Source: Pseudomonadales bacterium
Lineage (GTDB): Bacteria > Pseudomonadota > Gammaproteobacteria > Pseudomonadales > IMCC2047
Length of the DNA stretch: 64,000 nt
Assembly: GCA_965230515.1 (NCBI GenBank)
Contig: OZ246007.1
Span: 1,991,337-2,055,336, forward strand
Direction of reading: 5' to 3'
How positions within the stretch are numbered: position 1 is the stretch's first letter; each line of letters opens with the position of its first letter. The position numbers and the translations under genes were made by a program. Positions 47,920-57,794 of this stretch are shown here, piece by piece. Under the pieces are notes generated by a model. The model had not been told where the DNA came from, ran no database searches, and saw only the letters and a program-made list of their open reading frames with translations.

Positions 47920-48558
47920 GTGGCAAAAACAAATCCCCCGAAAAAACCAAGAAGCGGCATCTATTCCAAAGGACAGAATCGCGTTTCTACAATCATCGCT
48001 GCTGCGGAAAACATTCTTATCGAAGAGGGCTATCACAATTTTTCCCTGCGAAAAGTGGCAGCAGCGGCGGGGATTAAGCTTGGCAACCTGCAGTATTACT
48101 TTCCCACCAAAGACGAATTGGTGAAAGCAATGCTGAATCAGGTAATTGAGGTATACCTGAAGAGTTTCGAGAAGCTCCGCGCAAGTGCCGGAGATAACCC
48201 GAAAGAGCAGTTCACGATATTGATCCGGCATATTATTACGGATCTGAATAATAAAAATACCACCGTATTCTTCCCTGAAGTCTGGTCACTATCCAATCAT
48301 GAAGAGCATGTCACCGAATACATGGACGCCATGTACGGGCAGTATCGGGCCATTCTTGAAGAGGTCATTGCGCTGATAAATCCGGCGCTTTCCGAAAAGC
48401 AGGTCAAGCGGATCGCGCTGTTTATCTCCTCATCCATAGAGGGTCATACCATCTTTATCGGTTTTGAAAAGCCCTGGCAAAAAGAGACTGATCATATTAT
48501 CAGCATGGCTACGCAGAGTTTTCTGTGGTTGATCGAACAGGGTGAAATTCCGTCGTAG
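47920..48558 (+). CDS. TetR family transcriptional regulator
   Basis: N-terminal HTH (GYHNFSLRKVAAAAGIKLGNLQYYFPTKDELV) and a helical C-terminal domain. GTG start. Confidence 0.85.
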   Translation: MAKTNPPKKPRSGIYSKGQNRVSTIIAAAENILIEEGYHNFSLRKVAAAAGIKLGNLQYYFPTKDELVKAMLNQVIEVYLKSFEKLRASAGDNPKEQFTILIRHIITDLNNKNTTVFFPEVWSLSNHEEHVTEYMDAMYGQYRAILEEVIALINPALSEKQVKRIALFISSSIEGHTIFIGFEKPWQKETDHIISMATQSFLWLIEQGEIPS

Positions 48559-48945
48559 CACTATTCATGAGTGCTAAAGTCTCCCCGACAGTCTGATAAT
48601 TCAGATCCTCGCAATACTGATTTTGCCAATATCAGTTTAGATTAGCACGATCGCTTTGAAGCGCGGCTTTCGGGGCAACCCTGATACAGCGGTTAACCAT
48701 ACCGCTGCAGGCACTCACCCCCTTAGTCCATCGATGCATGATGTGCATCTGCATCAATTCTGGGCATCCCTGAAATTACCTGGCATGGATTGCATATCCC
48801 GGAAGTTGTTCAGCAACACGCAAAAACAGAGCGACTGAGTTTTGTTTGACTAATTAGGTCGACTGTAATATATTTGGGTCATTCGTACTATTTTGAACCA
48901 CGCCAACTTACGATAGAACAACCAGAACGACCGGAGGTTATTCCT

Positions 48946-50562
48946 TTGCGCAATCATTTTTCTCTCTCATTAATTAATGGCCTGATTCTGGCTGCACTAT
49001 CAGGCTTCGCTTTTTCAACGCAGGCTGGCTCGCCGGAGCAGATCATCCGCAATAACTGTGTCGGCTGCCATGTTCCCGAGAGTGACGACAGCTTCAGCCG
49101 AATCAGCTATCAGCGGCGCACGCCTGAAGGCTGGGAAATGACCATTGCCCGAATGCAGTTGATGCATCATGTTCGTATCAGCGACCAGGAGATACCCATC
49201 ACTGACGAAGTGATCCACAAGCTGGTTAAATACTTTGCTGACCGCCAGGGCCTCGCGCCTTCAGAGACCGAGGGTTATCGCTACATTCTCGAGCGACGCC
49301 TCAATGTGGTTGAGCAACACGATGATGAGGAATTTGCAGTGATGTGTGCACGTTGCCACTCGGGTGCCCGTGTCGCGTTACAGCGCAGAACAGAAAAGGA
49401 GTGGGAGCATCTGGTGCACTTTCATCTGGGTCAGTTCCCCACCTCGGAATACTCCGCAGGTGGCCGGGACAGAAACTGGCTGGAAGTTGCGCTCAACAAC
49501 ACCGTCCCCTATTTGACTAAGCACTATCCTCTCGATACCGAGGCCTGGGACAAGTGGCAGAATCAGGCGAAACCCGAGCTACAGGGCCGCTGGCGCCTGA
49601 TCGGCAATCAGCCAGGGAAAGGCGACTTTGAGGGCATCATGACGGTTACGGAAGATCAGCAGGATACGTTTAATCTGACCTTCAAAGGTCGTTATCAGAA
49701 TGGTGAACTGATGGAGGGCGCTGGAGCTGCCGTGGTATACACCGGATTCGAATGGCGGGCGTCCATCAGTATTGGTGACCAGACCTACAATCAGGTGATG
49801 GCCGCAACTGAAAGCGGCGAACAGTTGAAGGGGCGTATGTTCCTGCGCGACCATGAGGAGATCGGTGTTCAGTTGCATGGCGTAAAAATGAGCGAAAAGC
49901 CGGTTTTAATGGCCGCATTCCCCGGCCATATCAAAGCCGGCACCCGCAGCCGAATAACCCTGATCGGCACTGCTTTAAGCGGAGAGATCCAGCTCGGGCA
50001 ATGCCTGAAAGTGGAACGGGTAATCAGTCTCGGCAGTGAAGAGATACAGCTCGATGTTACCGCACCAGAGGATTGTGATCCGGGCAAGCGCAGCCTTCAG
50101 GTCGGCAATTCAGAATTAGCGGACGGTCTGGTTGTCTACGACCGGATTTCGAATATCGCAGTGAATCCCCCCTACGCCGTTGCCAGAGTGGGCGAAAACG
50201 GCGGAGCTACGCGCAAGACCTTTGCCGCATTTCAGGCACTGGCTCTTGGACCAGGACCCGATGGCCAGGCAGGTACCGAGGATGACCTGCGCATTGGGTA
50301 CATGCCCGCAGAATGGTCCGTCGCGCCCTTTGATGCCAAAGCGGAGCAGGATCAGGATGTGCGTTTTGCCGGCCGGATCGATAAAAACACCGGCGTATTT
50401 ACCCCGGCGTTGGCCGGTCCCAATCCAAAACGCAAGTACAGCACCAATAATGCCGGCAATCTGGCAGTCATCGCCAAAATAAAAACGGGTGATTCTTCGC
50501 TAGAGGGACAGGGCCATCTGCTGGTCACTGTGCAGCGCTGGAACAACCCGCCCATAAGGTAA
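48946..50562 (+). CDS. qhpA: Quinohemoprotein amine dehydrogenase alpha subunit (di-haem c)
   Basis: Two CxxCH motifs (CVGCH, CARCH) in the N-terminal domain, with YQRRTPEGWEMTIARM typical of QhpA. The TTG at 48946 is preceded by a GGAGG 8 nt upstream and gives a signal peptide ending STQA. The track ORF begins at 48874. Confidence 0.85.
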   Translation: MRNHFSLSLINGLILAALSGFAFSTQAGSPEQIIRNNCVGCHVPESDDSFSRISYQRRTPEGWEMTIARMQLMHHVRISDQEIPITDEVIHKLVKYFADRQGLAPSETEGYRYILERRLNVVEQHDDEEFAVMCARCHSGARVALQRRTEKEWEHLVHFHLGQFPTSEYSAGGRDRNWLEVALNNTVPYLTKHYPLDTEAWDKWQNQAKPELQGRWRLIGNQPGKGDFEGIMTVTEDQQDTFNLTFKGRYQNGELMEGAGAAVVYTGFEWRASISIGDQTYNQVMAATESGEQLKGRMFLRDHEEIGVQLHGVKMSEKPVLMAAFPGHIKAGTRSRITLIGTALSGEIQLGQCLKVERVISLGSEEIQLDVTAPEDCDPGKRSLQVGNSELADGLVVYDRISNIAVNPPYAVARVGENGGATRKTFAAFQALALGPGPDGQAGTEDDLRIGYMPAEWSVAPFDAKAEQDQDVRFAGRIDKNTGVFTPALAGPNPKRKYSTNNAGNLAVIAKIKTGDSSLEGQGHLLVTVQRWNNPPIR

Positions 50563-50568
50563 CTGACT

Positions 50569-52017
50569 ATGGCCATATATGCAGAGGATCGCCTCAGTCT
50601 GGTCGAAGGAAATATCCACCAGTTGCAGGTAGACCGGAAACACATGCTGTTTCATATTCCGAGTAGCAGCTTATTTGCGATCGATGAACTGAGCGTGCAA
50701 CTGCTCGACCTGGTAAAGGGTCGCACTGACTGCTCCCAAAATGATCTCATTGCAGCGCTGCACCCCCGTTTCAACCACCAGGATATCAACGAGGCGCTGT
50801 GCGAACTTCAAAGCCTGGAAGTCATTACCAGCCCACACCCGCTGACACCGGAAATTCCCCCGCTCAGCTTGACTAACTTTCCGTTGACGACCCTGGTTCT
50901 TAATGTGAATACCGGGTGCAACCTCAGCTGCACCTACTGTTATAAAGAGGATCTGACATCGCCAGCCGATGGCAAAAAGATGGATTTTTCGACCGCGCAG
51001 CAATCTATTGAAATGCTACTGAAAGAATCACCCGACCAGGCGCGTTATAACCTGGTGTTTTTTGGTGGCGAGCCACTTTCAAATCTACCGTTGATCAAAC
51101 AGGTGGTGGCCTTTGCTGAGCAGCGTTTTTTGGAACTGGGCAAGAAGGTTGATTTCTCACTCACCACCAATGCCACACTCCTCAAGGACGATACCATCAC
51201 CTACCTCAACCAGCATCGTTTTGGTATCGCGGTGAGCATGGACGGGCCCAGCGCTTACCATGATCGCAATCGCATTACCGTGGGCGGACAGGGTACTTAT
51301 GCCGTGGTTGCCGACAAAGTGAAGCGGCTATTGGCGCAATATGACTCTCGCCCGGTAGGTGCCCGCGTCACGCTGACACGCGGTGTCACGGATATCCTGG
51401 GCATTTGGGATCACCTGTTTAATGATCTGGGTTTTCATGAGGTCGGCTTCGCACCCGTCACCTCCGGAGATATCGCCTCCTATAATCTTACCGAGCAGGA
51501 ACTGGAGCAGGTGTTTTCTGATATGAAAAAACTTGGCCTTCAATACCAGAAAGCGGCATTGGAGAGTAAAAATATCGGTTTTTCTAATATGCACCAGCTA
51601 ATAACCGATATCTATGAAGGAACTAAAAAGGCGTTACCCTGCGGTGCCGGTGCCGGAATGGTAGCAATCGATAACGAGGGTGGCGTTAACCTCTGCCACC
51701 GTTTTACCGGCTCCGATATGCCGCTTTTTGGCAATGTAGCGCAGGGCCTTGAGCACGCTCAGCTGTCCCGTTTTCTGGAGCAACGTATGGATCGCAGCGA
51801 CACGGGCTGTAACAGCTGCCGCATTCGCAATCTCTGTTCCGGGGGTTGTTACCACGAAAGTTACGCCCGCTATAACGATCCGACCAGACCGACTTACCAC
51901 TACTGCGATCTGCTCAGGGACTGGGTGGATTTCGGCATCCAGGTCTATAGCACCATCCTGGCAGGTAACCCGAACTTTTTTGAACAACATATTTCACCCC
52001 GAAGGGCACTCTCATGA
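50569..52017 (+). CDS. qhpD: Radical SAM/SPASM maturase for the gamma subunit
   Basis: CNLSCTYCY (CxxxCxxC) and a C-terminal SPASM motif [14 protein letters not shown] (Cx2Cx5Cx3C). Located immediately upstream of, and overlapping, the small-subunit gene. Confidence 0.9.
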   Translation: MAIYAEDRLSLVEGNIHQLQVDRKHMLFHIPSSSLFAIDELSVQLLDLVKGRTDCSQNDLIAALHPRFNHQDINEALCELQSLEVITSPHPLTPEIPPLSLTNFPLTTLVLNVNTGCNLSCTYCYKEDLTSPADGKKMDFSTAQQSIEMLLKESPDQARYNLVFFGGEPLSNLPLIKQVVAFAEQRFLELGKKVDFSLTTNATLLKDDTITYLNQHRFGIAVSMDGPSAYHDRNRITVGGQGTYAVVADKVKRLLAQYDSRPVGARVTLTRGVTDILGIWDHLFNDLGFHEVGFAPVTSGDIASYNLTEQELEQVFSDMKKLGLQYQKAALESKNIGFSNMHQLITDIYEGTKKALPCGAGAGMVAIDNEGGVNLCHRFTGSDMPLFGNVAQGLEHAQLSRFLEQRMDRSDTGCNSCRIRNLCSGGCYHESYARYNDPTRPTYHYCDLLRDWVDFGIQVYSTILAGNPNFFEQHISPRRALS

Positions 52018-52340
52018 AACACTTAAAACCTCTGAACAAAAAGGCCGAACACCTGGAACAGGCTGTTGAAAATGATCAGCTCGAAGAGGTTGTCGGCATG
52101 CAAAACGTGGCAGGCTGCACCGCAACCACTGACCCCGGATGGGAGGTGGACATGTTTGGCAGTGTGGCCGGACTCTGCCAGCCGATGGAAGCAGACCTTT
52201 ACGGGTGTGCTGATCCCTGCTGGTGGCCTGCGCAGGTACCCGACCTGATGAACACCTATCCGGATTGGGATAAAAACGCGCAATCGGCTGGTAGCGACTG
52301 GCGTAACCTCAATACCGTCTTTCCTAAAGAAAACAAATAA
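52014..52340 (+). CDS. qhpC: Quinohemoprotein amine dehydrogenase gamma subunit precursor (CTQ and thioether-crosslinked peptide)
   Basis: 108 aa. A 28-aa leader, then [43 protein letters not shown] with all four Cys, the acceptor Glu/Asp residues and the WW pair at the spacings known for QhpC. Confidence 0.9.
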   Translation: MKHLKPLNKKAEHLEQAVENDQLEEVVGMQNVAGCTATTDPGWEVDMFGSVAGLCQPMEADLYGCADPCWWPAQVPDLMNTYPDWDKNAQSAGSDWRNLNTVFPKENK

Positions 52341-52355
52341 TTCACGGGTACATTG

Positions 52356-53486
52356 ATGATGACAAAGTTCAGCCTTCACAAATTCGGGTTAACAGTTTTT
52401 TCGCTGTTTTTGCTGGCGCTCACCGCCTGCTCGTCGATCAAACCCTCCAGCGAACCGCTTCACAAGGATTTTATGGTTGTCGTTAACCGACCGAATCTCC
52501 TGCATCTGATCGATCTGTCCAATAATCAGATAGTTAAAAGCTGCCCACTGCCCGGCACTTCTGCACCGGGCACGCTGGTCATGAGCCCGGACAACCGTAT
52601 CGCTTATGTACTGGCAGACCACTTTTCCAATATTTACGGAATTAAGCTAGATGATTGCTCGCTGGTTTTCTCTGCCTTTCAGTCCTACGCCAATATCAGG
52701 GTGAAGTCACTCGCGTCGATTGCCATCAGCCCGGACGGAAAAGAGATATACACTCATCAGAACCCGACTCGACTGCTTAGCGACCACTTTGAAGTAATGG
52801 ATACCCGGGTGGCTGTCTATAACACTGCGGATGGTCTCAATGCCCAACCAGCCAGAACTCTGCCTGCGCCACGCCAGGTCACCATTATGGCAACTGACCA
52901 GCAGGGTACGCTTTACCTCGGAGCACCGGATATCTATGCCATGAACCCCCAGACAGGTGATACGCGAGTCGTCATTAAAAGCCGCAGCCTGGAAGATTCC
53001 CGATACAGTCAGCGTGACTCGCTCACCGTATGGCCGATTGGCTCTGTTTCAAACGAGTTCATTCGCATGTATTCAACTGCCAGGTACCAGGATGATAACC
53101 AAAATCCCGATACCGCCGAGTGGCTTTGGGGTTATGAGCGAATTGACCTCAGCAATGGTGAGGTAGAATCCCGTGAATTCGGGCCTCTTGAAGTGGTGCT
53201 ATTCACTGGCATGACACGGCCCGGCGACAAAAACCAGATGTACGCAGTGCTCACACAACTGAAAAAATTTGATGTCGCCAAACAGCAGGAGCTGATGTCC
53301 GTGGATCTGGACCACACCTACTATTGCATCAATTTTTCTACCGACGGACGCAAAATTTACCTTGCCGGAACCTTTAATGATATTGCTATCTACGATGCGG
53401 ACACGCTGGAGAAACTGGGCAACATCCAGCTTCCCGGCGGCGATATGTCGATGTCCACACCGCAGATATTTTCCCGAAAAATATAG
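52356..53486 (+). CDS. qhpB: Quinohemoprotein amine dehydrogenase beta subunit (beta-propeller)
   Basis: ~376 aa, beta-rich and repetitive. Follows qhpC as in characterised loci. N-terminal signal with lipobox-like LALTAC. Confidence 0.75.
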   Translation: MMTKFSLHKFGLTVFSLFLLALTACSSIKPSSEPLHKDFMVVVNRPNLLHLIDLSNNQIVKSCPLPGTSAPGTLVMSPDNRIAYVLADHFSNIYGIKLDDCSLVFSAFQSYANIRVKSLASIAISPDGKEIYTHQNPTRLLSDHFEVMDTRVAVYNTADGLNAQPARTLPAPRQVTIMATDQQGTLYLGAPDIYAMNPQTGDTRVVIKSRSLEDSRYSQRDSLTVWPIGSVSNEFIRMYSTARYQDDNQNPDTAEWLWGYERIDLSNGEVESREFGPLEVVLFTGMTRPGDKNQMYAVLTQLKKFDVAKQQELMSVDLDHTYYCINFSTDGRKIYLAGTFNDIAIYDADTLEKLGNIQLPGGDMSMSTPQIFSRKI

Positions 53487-53575
53487 GTATTGCTGCACGC
53501 CACCAGCCGGGGCGTGCGCAGCTTTACTCCCAATAGCCAACAAATAAAGAGGCCAGAATAACACTGGGAATCCAA

Positions 53576-55288
53576 ATGCAAAGCGCAAAAAAACAGGGGC
53601 TGAGCTGGCTATACCAGTTCATTGCACCACATCGCAGACAGGTGCTGATACTGCTTCTGCTGTCTTTGCTCGCTTCTTCCCTGGTGCTGCTGCAGCCCTA
53701 TCTCACCAAGATTCTGATTGACGACGGTCTGCTTGCACAGTCTTTCCCAACCCTGCTTTCAGCCGCCATCGCGATGCTCGCTGCGGGCCTCCTGTCGACG
53801 GTATTAAACGGGACAAACCGTTATCTGCATACCCGGCTTTCCGGCACCATTCTGTTTAATCTGCGCGAAGCGGTCTATGGCCACCTGCAAACGCTGTCAC
53901 CCAACTTCTACCGCAAACAACGAACCGGAGACATACTCTCGCGCCTTGATACCGATGTGGCTGAGCTACAACGTTTTGCAGTCGACGGGTTGTTTGCCTC
54001 GTTCAGCGGCCTGCTTGGATTGGTCGGCTCAGTGACACTGATGTTCTTACTCAGCTGGCAACTGACATTGCTGCTACTGATCATTATTCCCGTGCAGTGG
54101 TTCTACCTGCGCTATATGCGGCCAAAGGTAGAGCGCCAGACTCGTACTATGCGGGAACGCTCAGCCGACGTGTCTTCCTTCCTGGCGGAAACCCTGCCCG
54201 CGATGAAGCATATTCAATCAGCTGCTGCAGAAACACGCGAACTGAAACATCTGAACCAGCTTAACCAGTTCTACCTGGGTGACCTGCTCAAGCTACAGTG
54301 GATTGAATTTGCCACCTCGGCGATTCCTTCTACACTGACCTCCTTTACCCGTGCTACTGCTTTCGTGATTGGTGGTTACTGGGTGATCAAAGGTCAAATG
54401 GCGCTGGGATCACTGATCGCTTTCACCACCTACCTTGGTATGGCGGTCGGCCCGGTACAAACCCTGTTGGGACTCTACATGGCCTGGCAGCGTGTCGGCA
54501 TCAGTCTTGAGCGGGTGCAGCAACTGACGCAGTATCAACCGGAAACGACACGTCAGGGCATCGCTATCCCCGGCGATCTAAAAGGGGAACTTCGATTTGA
54601 GTCCGTCAGTTTTCGCTACCCTGATCAACAGACCCCACTGTTTCATTTGACCTCGGTTACGATTCCGACCGGCAGCAAGGTCGGCATACATGGCCCTTCA
54701 GGTATCGGCAAAAGTACCATGGCAGATCTGCTGATGAGGCATCTGACACCCGACCATGGCCGCATTTTACTTGGTGGCCAGGATATAGCCCGATTCGATA
54801 TAAAAGCATGGCGCAGGCGCATTGCCCTGGTCGCTCAGGACATATACATCTTTCGCGGCACTATCGCCGATAATATCCGCTACGCTGAGCCCCGGGCGAC
54901 CGATTCTGAAGTAACACAGGCGGTCGAACGCGCCAGGCTATCGGAATTTGTCGCCGCACTGCCGCAAGGTCTGCATACCCTGATCGGTGAGCGGGGTGTT
55001 GATCTGTCCGGTGGACAGAGACAGCGTATCGCCATTGCGCGCGCGCTGTTGCAACAACCACTGCTGGTAATTTTTGATGAAGCAACATCAGCCGTGGATA
55101 CGGACAATGAGCAAAAACTGATGGCCGAGGTAGACCGGCTTTTCGCAGGCTGTACACGTCTGGTTATTACGCACAGGACCGCACCCATCCGTAACGCCGA
55201 TCTCTATCTTACGATTGTGGACAGCCAGATTGTCACAAGCCATCGTCCGGTTTTCGACACCTCAAAAAGGATAAAGGACTATGCTTAA
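53576..55288 (+). CDS. qhpF: ABC exporter (fused TMD-NBD) of the qhp locus
   Basis: 570 aa with six N-terminal TMs, Walker A GPSGIGKST, signature LSGGQRQRIAIARAL and Walker B LLVIFDEATSAVD. Confidence 0.85.
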   Translation: MQSAKKQGLSWLYQFIAPHRRQVLILLLLSLLASSLVLLQPYLTKILIDDGLLAQSFPTLLSAAIAMLAAGLLSTVLNGTNRYLHTRLSGTILFNLREAVYGHLQTLSPNFYRKQRTGDILSRLDTDVAELQRFAVDGLFASFSGLLGLVGSVTLMFLLSWQLTLLLLIIIPVQWFYLRYMRPKVERQTRTMRERSADVSSFLAETLPAMKHIQSAAAETRELKHLNQLNQFYLGDLLKLQWIEFATSAIPSTLTSFTRATAFVIGGYWVIKGQMALGSLIAFTTYLGMAVGPVQTLLGLYMAWQRVGISLERVQQLTQYQPETTRQGIAIPGDLKGELRFESVSFRYPDQQTPLFHLTSVTIPTGSKVGIHGPSGIGKSTMADLLMRHLTPDHGRILLGGQDIARFDIKAWRRRIALVAQDIYIFRGTIADNIRYAEPRATDSEVTQAVERARLSEFVAALPQGLHTLIGERGVDLSGGQRQRIAIARALLQQPLLVIFDEATSAVDTDNEQKLMAEVDRLFAGCTRLVITHRTAPIRNADLYLTIVDSQIVTSHRPVFDTSKRIKDYA

Positions 55289-55973
55289 GGTCGGCATAAT
55301 AGACAGCGGCATCCCGGCAAGCGCACAACCGCAAGTGGCTAACGCTATGGGTTTCTGCCAGGCAAATGGAGCCGTTCGGCAAGATAACTCCAACCTTCAG
55401 GACCAATTGGGACATGGCTCGGCCGTGGCAGAGATCATTACTCGTCACTCACCCGGGATCGGGCTGCTCATTGCCAAGGTGTTTTTTAACAAGCTAAGCT
55501 GTACCGCAGGCCAAATCGCCGCTGCACTTGACTGGCAGATAGCTCAGGGGGCGCGACTCATTAATATGAGCTTTGGGTTGCACGCGGACCGTCCTGCACT
55601 TCGTGAAGCCTGTAAACGGGCTCGGCATGCTGGCGTGGTACTGGTGGCTTCTTCGCCCGCCAGAGGTAATAGCGTCTATCCGGCACACTATTCAGGCATC
55701 ATCCGCGCCACCGGCGATGCTCGATGCGGCCAGAATGAGATCTCCTATCTGAATAGCGCACAGGCAGATTTCGGCGGTTACGTACGCGCTCAACAGAAAG
55801 GGATCGCCGGGGCCAGCATCGGATGCGCTTATGTCAGCTCTGCGCTTGTCCCTGCATTACAGAACAACCCCTGTCTAACTCGAGCCGAACTGGTGGCTCA
55901 CCTTGCAGCTCAAGCCAGCTATTCTGGCCCTGAGCATCGAAGCGGAACACCAACATCGCGCCGCCATGAGTGA
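55281..55973 (+). CDS. qhpE: Subtilisin-like serine protease (gamma-subunit leader peptidase)
   Basis: 230 aa with VGIIDSG (Asp), LGHGSAVAEII (His) and IAGASIGCAYVS (Ser) contexts. Overlaps both neighbouring genes. Confidence 0.75.
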   Translation: MLKVGIIDSGIPASAQPQVANAMGFCQANGAVRQDNSNLQDQLGHGSAVAEIITRHSPGIGLLIAKVFFNKLSCTAGQIAAALDWQIAQGARLINMSFGLHADRPALREACKRARHAGVVLVASSPARGNSVYPAHYSGIIRATGDARCGQNEISYLNSAQADFGGYVRAQQKGIAGASIGCAYVSSALVPALQNNPCLTRAELVAHLAAQASYSGPEHRSGTPTSRRHE

Positions 55974-57306
55974 AAAACATATTTTAGTGATGGGGGGAGG
56001 TCCAGCTGGCACGGCAACAGCCATTGGGCTTGCTCGCATCGGCTATCGCGTCTCGCTGATCCATGCACCCAGAACCTTCGTAGCCTGCGAAGGTATCTCC
56101 AGGCGCACTCTGGAGGGGTTGGTTGCAGCTGGTTGCCATCAGGCAGCCACTACCGTTGCCCCTCCCTCCCCCAAATTTGCTTGCTGGAATGGAGAGCGCA
56201 ACCAGTTTAATACCGAGCACCTAATTCCACGCCCGGACTTTGATGAAAAACTCATTGATGATCTGCATGCATCTGGTGTGACTCTTGTATCCGGGCGGGT
56301 ACAGCACATAGAGGACTCCAGCCAACAATGGCAGGTTAGTTATCAAAATTCGCAATCCCAAAGTAAGATCATTACCGCTGATTATTTGGTCGAAGCACGC
56401 GGACGTTCTGGTGCACTACCTTGTCGAAACCAAATGCGCGGCCCTGAAACCGTTTCTCTCATGCAACGATGGCAAATCGATCACCCGGAAACAGCCTCAA
56501 TGGCTGCCAGTTATCGCAATGGGTGGGCCTGGCTGGCAAAACTCGGCTCGATGCTCTATACCCAGGTCACCCTTTCCGCCCATGACCCAAGGATACCTAA
56601 GAAAGCAGCCCTTCAGCAGTTCATCGAAGATGAACTCAGCCAATTACCAGAAACCACAGAATGGCTGGCTTCCTCCCATCCCATCGGCCTCCCCACTGCC
56701 CGTGGCAGCACCAGCATACTGTCAGAAAATCCGGTCAATGACCGACTGATAAGGGTTGGAGATACCGCGCTTGCGCCAGACCCATTATCCGGTAACGGTA
56801 TATTCGCTTCGCTCTCCCTGGGCCTTGCCGCACCGGCGGTCATAAATACCGTCCTTAACCATCCTGAACGCGCTTCACTTGCCCAAAAGTTCTACCAGGA
56901 CAAATGTATCGATACCTTTCTCCGATTCAGCCGCACCGGAAGAGACTTTTATGCGCTGGAGCAACGCTGGGAAGAACAACAATTCTGGCGGGATCGCCGC
57001 CAATGGCCCGACAAACTAGCGTTACACCGTGAATTTGACCCCGAACAAACACAAATTAAGGAGAGTGCTGTACTTGCGCAAAATGAGATCATTAGCAAAG
57101 AAGTTTTAGTCACTGCCGACCAACCTCTTGGGATATGGCAGGTAGCTGGTATTGAGATCGCACCCATTGTCAAAGCGATGCAAAGACACCGCCAAAATTC
57201 TCTGGATTGGGTGAAAGCCAGATTGTTAGAGCAACCTTGCCAGCAACATCAAAGAGCGGCCGTACTGGACTGGCTGTATACGCACAATTTTTTAACCCGA
57301 AAATAG
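55966..57306 (+). CDS. qhpG: FAD-dependent monooxygenase-like protein of the qhp locus
   Basis: ILVMGGGPAGTATAIGLAR dinucleotide-binding motif and GDTALAPDPLSGNG. The ATG at 55966 overlaps the qhpE stop (ATGAGTGA). Confidence 0.8.
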   Translation: MSEKHILVMGGGPAGTATAIGLARIGYRVSLIHAPRTFVACEGISRRTLEGLVAAGCHQAATTVAPPSPKFACWNGERNQFNTEHLIPRPDFDEKLIDDLHASGVTLVSGRVQHIEDSSQQWQVSYQNSQSQSKIITADYLVEARGRSGALPCRNQMRGPETVSLMQRWQIDHPETASMAASYRNGWAWLAKLGSMLYTQVTLSAHDPRIPKKAALQQFIEDELSQLPETTEWLASSHPIGLPTARGSTSILSENPVNDRLIRVGDTALAPDPLSGNGIFASLSLGLAAPAVINTVLNHPERASLAQKFYQDKCIDTFLRFSRTGRDFYALEQRWEEQQFWRDRRQWPDKLALHREFDPEQTQIKESAVLAQNEIISKEVLVTADQPLGIWQVAGIEIAPIVKAMQRHRQNSLDWVKARLLEQPCQQHQRAAVLDWLYTHNFLTRK

Positions 57307-57339
57307 AAGGGGGTTATAGCCCTTCAAAGAGCTGTGAAT

Positions 57340-57675
57340 TCAAGCTTTTTTAACAAATTGGGATTTCAGCTTCATAGCCCCAACACCATCAATCTTACAA
57401 TCAATATCGTGATCACCATCAACGATACGGATGTTTTTGACCTTAGTCCCCACTTTAACAACCGCAGAACTCCCCTTTACTTTGAGGTCCTTGATTACTG
57501 TGACCATGTCACCATCCTGAAGCGGATTGCCGTTCGCATCTTTCGTTAAAACCTGGTTCTCCGCTTCTTGCGCATCCTGCTTTCCCCACTCATGGCCACA
57601 TTCAGGACAGATATAAAGCAGTCCATCTTCATAGGTAAATTCCGAACCGCATTTTGTACAGCTGGGTAAGCTCAT
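57340..57675 (-). CDS. yjdM: PhnA/YjdM zinc-ribbon protein
   Basis: 111 aa with [25 protein letters not shown] and the C-terminal [24 protein letters not shown] typical of PhnA. Confidence 0.9.
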   Translation of the reverse strand: MSLPSCTKCGSEFTYEDGLLYICPECGHEWGKQDAQEAENQVLTKDANGNPLQDGDMVTVIKDLKVKGSSAVVKVGTKVKNIRIVDGDHDIDCKIDGVGAMKLKSQFVKKA

Positions 57676-57794
57676 TCTTTTCTCATTTTATTGTTCAATT
57701 CAGCTATTCTGACACAGGCCACAAAACGCCCCTCTATATTTTTAGTTAATCGCGATAATACACCAGCCCTCACCTCTACTCACTAAAAGACCGG

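Noticed and set aside
48781-48795. Sigma54-like element TGGCAT-GGA-TTGCAT upstream of qhpA
   Set aside because: The GG and GC dinucleotides are 2 nt closer than in the TGGCAC-N5-TTGC consensus. No enhancer-binding protein gene is nearby.
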